Source: Octopus vulgaris
Lineage: Eukaryota
Assembly: GCA_951406725.2 (NCBI GenBank)
Contig: OX597821.1
Location: forward strand, 15,562,001 to 15,626,000
Direction of reading: 5' to 3'
DNA length: 64,000 nt
This document shows positions 56,910 to 64,000 of the stretch, piece after piece. Each line of letters begins with the position of its first letter. Position 1 is the first letter of the stretch. Both the position numbers and the translations under genes were made by a program. Under the pieces are notes generated by a model. The model did no database searches. It was given only the letters and a program-made list of their open reading frames with translations, and was not told where the DNA came from.

Positions 56910-57854
56910 CAGAGAGGGAGAGATGAGAGAGAGAGAAACAAGCTCAGGCAGACATATATATCCTAACAAATCTATAAAGTCTAAGCAGCCACTAAACAAC
57001 ATTATATGTATATAAGTGACATTGAATATCTTGAACACTAGTAAAACTTGAACACACCAAAATGTTCAAGTTTTATTTATTTATACATTTGCTGTATAAA
57101 GATAATCAATTGTGGCTCCCGTGCTACGGCATTAAGTTGTTTCTAAGACATCAAATAGCTTCATGATGTGAAAAGTGATGTGTAAAGCGATGAATAACAT
57201 GGAAACATTTGCAGAAATAATAAATAAATATCTAACAAGTTAACAAAAAATGCATCTATAGGTGATTCAAGTGAAATATTTGAGAGCTGAGAAAGCAAGA
57301 AAGCAAAAGAGTTTCATATATACTTTCTCTAACATATGCTCCTGATAATGTTTACAAGAATCGTCTGTTGCTTACAAAGCCTTTCGGTTTTCTTTCGGTA
57401 CTTTGATACACTTCCGACAGTCATATTGCAAATTTATGTTTTGTATCTTAGTTTATTTCCCTTATAGTTTATTGCAGAAGAAATATTGAGAAAGTATCGA
57501 TCTATGTTGATCTAAAGTCGTACATTATAGCTTATCCTTATTTATGAAAAAAAAAGATACATAAATAAAATTTTTGATAATTTTTAATGTTTTCTTTATG
57601 CCATATTCAAAATTTCTGCTTTCATTTTTGTTGAACTTTCTCTTTTTTTCTTCCTCTCTATCCTTTGAACAATTCTCCTCTCTTGAATATTTTATAAGGT
57701 TAGCATGTATTTTCGGAAGAGGTGTAACGTAGGAGGATACTGAAGAAAATAAAATGACGAGAAGCTATGAAAGAGAATGAAAGTAAATAAAAGGCAAATG
57801 ATAGAAGTAATGGTAACATGTAAAAGAAAGTCAAAACACATGTAAGGTGTATGG

Positions 57855-58160
57855 GTGCATGTATTTATACATGTGTTTGTGCGTATTTTGAACGTATGTA
57901 TACGTATACATATATATATATATAAATGTATATATACATATGTTTATGTGTGTATATATGCATATACATATATATATATATACATATGTTTATGTGTGTA
58001 TATATGCATATACATATATATATATATGTATATATACATATATTTATGTGTGTATATATGCATATACATATATATATATATATATATACGTATATATATA
58101 TATATATACATTTATATATATGTATAATACATATATTTATGTGTGTATATATTAATATAC

Positions 58161-58191
<31 letters not shown>

Positions 58192-58264
58192 TATACATTT
58201 ATATATATGTATAATACATATATATATGTATATATATACATTTATATATACATATATATACATT

Positions 58265-58298
<34 letters not shown>

Positions 58299-58340
58299 TA
58301 TACATTCATATATATGTATACATACATATGTGTGTATATG

Positions 58341-58372
<32 letters not shown>

Positions 58373-58431
58373 TTATATATATGTATACATATATATGTGT
58401 GTATATGTATATATATATATATATATATTGG

Positions 58432-58462
<31 letters not shown>
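57855..58462. repeat. Degenerate (TA/TG/CA)n microsatellite ending in (GA)n
   Basis: Seen directly. Confidence 0.93.
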
Positions 58463-58463
<1 letters not shown>

Positions 58464-58931
58464 AGGAACATAAAATTGCTGATAAAGAGAAATATGATGC
58501 ACGAATTTGAAATGTCCACTGAAAAGAGAGGCGAACAATCTGGAAAGATAACAAAATAATGTATAAAGGAACGGAATGCATGGTGACAATGGTGTAATTG
58601 TAGAGGAATGTCGGTGGTTGCTGAAGGAGAATAATGTAATAAATGTAAATGATCTGTTAGCTGAGTAGAGAAACTGCAATCACAAATGTAACCGAAAAAA
58701 TGCAGTCTTAAATTGTACACGAAAATACATATGCACATATGCATATGTATACACACGTGTTTGCATGTTAGATGCCGAATGTCTGCATTGCACAAATGTG
58801 CATCAAGTACTTTTCATAATAATAGAAATACAGAAAATTATTTAATCCAACATTGTATAATCTCAGTTAGATTTCCTGCCTTTGTTAGGAATATAATGCT
58901 GCCCGTTTTAGACATATGATATGATACTATG

Positions 58932-59313
58932 TGGAGGCGCAATGGCCCAGTGGTTAGGGCAGCGGACTCGCATTCATAGGATCGCGGTTTCGATTCCCAG
59001 ACCGGGCGTTGTGAGTGTTTATTGAGCGAAAACACCTAAAAGCTCCACGAGGCAGGGGATGGTGGTGATCCCTGCTGTACTCTTTCACCACAACATTCTC
59101 TCACTCTTACTTCCTGTTTCTGTTGTACCTGTATTTCAAGGGGCCGGCCTTGTCACTCTCTGTGTCACGCTGAATATCCCCGAGAACTACGTTAAGGGTA
59201 CACGTGTCTGGGGAGTGCTCAGCCACTTACACGTTAATTTCACGAGCAGGCTGTTCCGTTGATTCGGATCAACCGGAACCCTCGTCGTCGTAACCGACGG
59301 AGTGCTTCCATCA
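58932..59313 (+). mobile_element. Young tRNA-derived SINE, family D, with 11-bp TSD
   Basis: A box tggcccagtgg, B box ggtttcgattccc. TSD atgatactatg at 58921-58931 and 59314-59324. Confidence 0.9.
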
Positions 59314-59576
59314 ATGATACTATGCAAGTTAAAGATATTTTCAGTTTCATTGCATTGACAACATTTGGGACCCGGATGGATGAAAGTTAAAGCTGTTCTT
59401 AAATGAATTATGAGACAACATGTAATGGGGACATATTTAAAGAGATAAGTTGCTCGGAGCTGTACATACTCTGAAATCTATTCCAATGACCTAATAAAAA
59501 TATGCAAGTTTCCAAATTGGTCTGGGTAGGATTGATTTTAATTTACAATGCTTAGTGAACAGGAGTAATAATGATA

Positions 59577-60022
59577 GTCCTTTCTAATGAAGGCACAAGG
59601 CCTGAAGTTTGGTAGGACAGAACTAGTTGATTACAGTGTTTCACTAGTACTTTATTCTTCGAACCCCAAAAAATGAAAGGCAAAGTCAACCTCAGCGCAA
59701 TTTGAACCCAGAACGTAACGACGGCCAAATGACCGCTGGGCATTTCATCCAGCGTGTAAGCGATTTTGCCCCATCACCGCCCTAATAATAATAATAATTA
59801 TTATTATAATCCCTTCTACTATAGGCAAAAGGCCTGAAATTTGGGGGAGGGGATTGTCGATTACATCGGCCGCAGTACTCAATTGGCACTTAATTTAATA
59901 ACCCCGAAAGGATGAAATTTAAAGTCAGCTTCGGGGCAGTTTGAACCCAGAACGTAGTGATGTGCGAAATATCGCTAAACAATTCGTCCAGCGTGCTGAC
60001 GATTATGCAAAGTCACCGCCTT
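59577..60022 (-). mobile_element. Two tandem family B-related SINEs separated by (TAA)n
   Basis: Two copies of aggcacaaggcctgaa...gatgaaaggcaaagtcaacctc...caccgcc. Confidence 0.8.
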
Positions 60023-60054
60023 AATAATAATAACAGTAATAATAATAAAGAACA

Positions 60055-60980
60055 CCGGGAATATTTAACGAACAGAGAACATGTTTCCAGAAGAGCAGTA
60101 GGGTTCATACGTCTGCAAACATCAGCTACTGATCATTAAAGCCATAACTGAAAAGAGCCTCAGACACAAGAAGAATTTAAGAATGGCCTGGACCGTATAC
60201 CGAAAGGCTTTTGAAAGTATTCCCTACACATGGATCCTAGAAACACTAGCCATGAACAATGTAGCACCAATAATAGCCAATGTAGCACCAATAATTATAA
60301 AATATATAACACATTCCGTGAATAAATGGCAGACAATGTTACTGCTCCAGAAGGACTCATGAAAAATCAAAACCATCCCCATTAGAAGAAGACTATTCCA
60401 GGGAGACATGCTCTCTCCACTCCTCTTCTGCTTGGTACTAACACCTTAATCTGACTTGCTAAACAGACCTGGATGTGTATACAATTGTTACGTCTAAACA
60501 ATCAGCCACCTCTTATAAATGGATAATCTAAAAGTGTACACCACAAAGGATAACCAACTGGAAGCACTACTATAGACAGTACAAAGATTTACCGAAGAAA
60601 TAAACATGAAATTTGCTTCAGAAAAATGTGCCATAGCAACTTTGAAAAGCGGAAAACTATTTAAGAGTAACAATATCAGACTAGATAAAGCAAATAAAAT
60701 CAGAGAATTGGACCAAATCCAGACATACAAATACTTAGGAATCAATGAACTAGATACTATACACAAATGACAGAGACGATAAGAAAATAAAACTATAGAC
60801 GAGTTAGATTAATACTGAAAACAGAGTTCAATGTGAAAAACGAGATGATAGGTATTAACACTCAAGCCGTCCCAGTTATAAGTTGTAAGTACAGTATTCT
60901 TATATGGACTCCAAATGAACTAATCAGGAAAACAAGAGAAATAATGAAGGGGATTTAGGATGCACCACCCCAAATCTGAC
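60055..60980 (+). pseudogene. R4/Dong-clade reverse transcriptase fragment
   Basis: KNLRMAWTVYRKAFESIPYTWILETL...IRRRLFQGDMLSPLLFCLVLTP...ISHLL*MDNLKVY...NMKFASEKCA...YKYLGI...MHHPKSD; stops and frameshifts present. Confidence 0.85.
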
Positions 60981-61083
60981 ACATGGCTATGATGCTCCCC
61001 CACTACTTCTACTCGTGATCAGAGATGCACATATCGTCAGTCACTGAGGGACATGCTCAACTGGTTAAGGTCAAATAACTGGC

Positions 61084-61139
<56 letters not shown>

Positions 61140-61141
<2 letters not shown>

Positions 61142-61410
61142 GGTATGTCAGAAACACCAAACAATATCCCTGGAGAACCATGTATCAAGGAAATCCAAAA
61201 GATTGTGCTAACAAGTACTGCCCACATCCTTAGAAAAAACCTATCAATGTAAATGTTTGTGTTGTATTACATGGAGATATTTCTCTACCTCCCCTCCCCA
61301 AGCTTTCAGCTATATTTCAACAACTCTTAACCTTCACTTGCCCTAGGGCGCTGGGTGTGCTCCGGCAATTGATTGCATCAAACATGCAGATTAAAAGTAA
61401 ATGGCAATAA
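61140..61410 (+). mobile_element. 3' end of an R4/Dong-type LINE between (AAT)n tracts
   Basis: NIPGEPCIKEIQKIVLTSTAHILRKNLSM*, then a UTR with ccctagggcgctggg, ending at (AAT)n. Confidence 0.8.
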
Positions 61411-62087
61411 TAATGATAATAATAATAATAATAATTTCTTGCATTGACACAAATCCACAGATTGAGATTGACAGTCTCATATAACAATACGGGACTGCAT
61501 GGCGTTCTGTATGAGAATGAAATTATAGACGGGCGCCTCACCTTCGAAGGTACGTCATCTACAGTCATACCTAAAACATATGTACGAAATCTCTGGTCTC
61601 TTCGAACGTCTAACGACACTTATAGCATTGAAAGTATTTTAAATGTAAAGAACTACAGAATGTAACGACACGGTTCACATAAAAATCAGCACATGACGTA
61701 CTAGTGATGCGTGTAGATAACATGTGTTCGTTTTATAATGCATAGTTCAATACTACACTGTTTGAAAGTCCCGCTGAGGCTGAATTTGCATTTCATCCAT
61801 TTCAGAGTCATTCATAAAGATCCAGATGAGCACTGAGGTTGTTGTAATCGAAATACTCCCTTCCCGAATTTGGTGGCCGTATGCCAAATATTCAAACCAA
61901 TATTGTTCTGACTGGTGCACTTACAAAGATATTGGTATTGTCTCCTCTGGTCAAAATCTTTCCCCGGTGGTATGCGAGACAAATGCATGCCGACTCTCTT
62001 TTAAATACTGAAATCTTTCCTTCCTGTTCATAAACTAAAACGTACAAGTTCAGATCAGAAACGTGAGCCTATGTGTAGCATCTCGTT

Positions 62088-62140
<53 letters not shown>

Positions 62141-62143
<3 letters not shown>

Positions 62144-62460
62144 AGGGGAGCACTGAAAGGGGTTTGAAGGAGTAGTGCCCTTGTCTTCCTGAGCTAGTTT
62201 TCTACCACATTTCTTAAATATCGTGATAGATGCCTTGGTCTCTGGAGCTCTGATATTTAGAAACTGAGGTTGGAGGTAAGTAAGGGCATCCTCCCCGCAG
62301 AAAATCGAGCTGCAAAAAGCAAATGAGAATGGCCACCAGCCAGCTCAAAGTTTGGGGTGGGCTGCACCTGCCTACCTCCCTTACTATGGCTTTGAGTTAG
62401 ATCCGGCCACCCCCGTTAACGGGGACAAAACTCGGATTTAAATTAGTGGCGGATGATGAT
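62141..62460 (+). mobile_element. Probable RTE-related SINE or non-autonomous retroelement
   Basis: aagggcatcc...gcagaaa body motif, terminal hairpin ccccg-ttaa-cgggg and (GAT)n tail resemble RTE-type 3' ends; lies in a TA/CA microsatellite. Confidence 0.5.
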
Positions 62461-63591
62461 TATACACACAACACACATAATATATATAATGCTTGTGTCA
62501 TAATATGTGTAACTGTTTATAATCGAGTATAAATCTACATTTTGTAGCTAAAGCCAAACTTCCAACCTAATCCAATCTCCTTGTATAGCTCTGGTTATCC
62601 ATAGTTTCAAAAAGGACACTTAAAATCGCAGTAAATTTAAAATGCATAAAACCCATGAAACACTAGAACACTAACAACCTAAAACGCACAAACTACTATC
62701 GTCGATGCTTTTGAGCACTAACTTTAGTTTAAATCGTTTGGACGTGAAATGTAGAACGGGATAAAAGGTCATAATTTAGATACTGAAAAAGCATCTGGTT
62801 CTCCAAATACTTCATTCTTCTTGATTTACCTCTTCTTCGTTTGTAACTTTTCCTGCCCTGTTGTTTCCATTTATCAGTGTTCTCGCTTGACTACATTTAT
62901 TTCTCCAGTTATGAATAACGAGTTTCCCTCATAATTTGCTTTCTGTTTGGCAATGTCTTCAATTGGGGATTTTAGACACACAATCGCTCTTCTTCGAAGT
63001 AAATCTAATTGGTGTATGCTTAGACATTGCTCTATAAGCAATACATTATATTATCAAAGTCATCTCTTTATTCTAAGCACGGAAATTCGCAGTCCTTCTT
63101 CACTTCTGGCATACTTCAGCAGTATGAATTTCATGTTTGAAAAGGATCTTTTCAATTAAATAAGCACTTTTAAACAATAAAGTGCTTGACTACACAAACA
63201 CACCAGTACTTTAAAAAGAAATGAACAATTGCCATTGAATGTTGTCACAAAACATACATTATAACTTCAAGCAATGGTGAACATATATCTTTTGTTACAC
63301 ACCTCAGTGCTATATCCTTCAGAACCATCGTTTTTAAAGCGATTCTCTCATTTTACATTCATTGTATATTTTTATTTCATAGTATCATACTGATCACCAG
63401 TTTAAATTTGTAATTATTTTACGCTAAATATCACGAACATTCGGGTGTAATATTACAGATACTAAAGTAATATGAATCTTTCAAATTTACTGCTTTCGGG
63501 GTTTCTCTGACATATAGCAGATTAATTAAGCTAATAAGGGATACTGTACGAGACCATTTGACTTGCTAGATATTGCAACCGAATCTCTCTC

Positions 63592-63705
63592 TAGTGTTGC
63601 AGTGGAGTTTCTCTGGAATTGCATCCCGCCGGACATTGGTCTTCGGGTTTCCATGCGTATACAGAAACTGCCCCCCGCCAAAAAAAAACAGCGGGTTACG
63701 AGCGG
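63592..63705 (-). pseudogene. Possible short L1/Tx1 ORF2 C-terminal zinc-knuckle remnant
   Basis: GC-richer island reading WRGAVSV...DQCPAGCNSRETPLQH*, like the CP..C...ET..H motif; very short. Confidence 0.3.
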
Positions 63706-64000
63706 AAATGATTTGATCAAATATTAGATCTTCAAATATTAGATCAAATATTAGATTTACATACCAAACGTGACTGAGTTGCTGGCATTGTCAAGAGTAT
63801 ATAATTTGAATAATACGTATGTACGCATGATGGAAAAATAGTAAATACACTCCCTATAACTAATCAATGACAGCTCTCTTCATATATATTATTACTTTAC
63901 ATTTATATTTTGTAATATGAAGAAGAACATGAAATATGTGTCTTTATGTGGCCTACCTTCTTGTTAGAGATTATTTTAAGCACATGTTTGCATATTTGCA

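Noticed and set aside
58932-59005. tRNA-like sequence with A and B boxes
   Set aside because: No complete cloverleaf or acceptor stem; continues into a SINE body bounded by a TSD. The same applies to the other SINE heads.

Overview
AT-rich eukaryotic genomic DNA dense in repeats. The repeat families and microsatellites suggest an octopus/coleoid cephalopod (inference). No intact host protein-coding gene is evident: almost all long ORFs in the track are translated (TA)n, (CA)n, (GAA)n or (CAT)n microsatellites. The window is a mosaic of tRNA-derived SINEs (at least four families), decayed CR1-group, R4/Dong and L1/Tx1-type LINE pieces, two Tc1 transposons, a hAT fragment, a foldback MITE, and a probable false 2.9-kb duplication across a 100-N gap. 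The most notable signal is a set of type I minimal hammerhead-ribozyme motifs in four or five unrelated Penelope-like or retrozyme-like repeats. These repeats all abut (TA)n tracts, three of them have 5' inversions, and most carry a non-canonical CCGAnGA core. One is a non-coding 365-bp tandem/inverted unit at 21498-22352, a candidate retrozyme. Other leads are AG|GTAA candidate recursive splice sites on the minus strand, a scrambled N-B-A-B-A-B-C ORF1-like array, and a SINE with apparent target-site preference. All coordinates and folds were read by eye; no searches were run.
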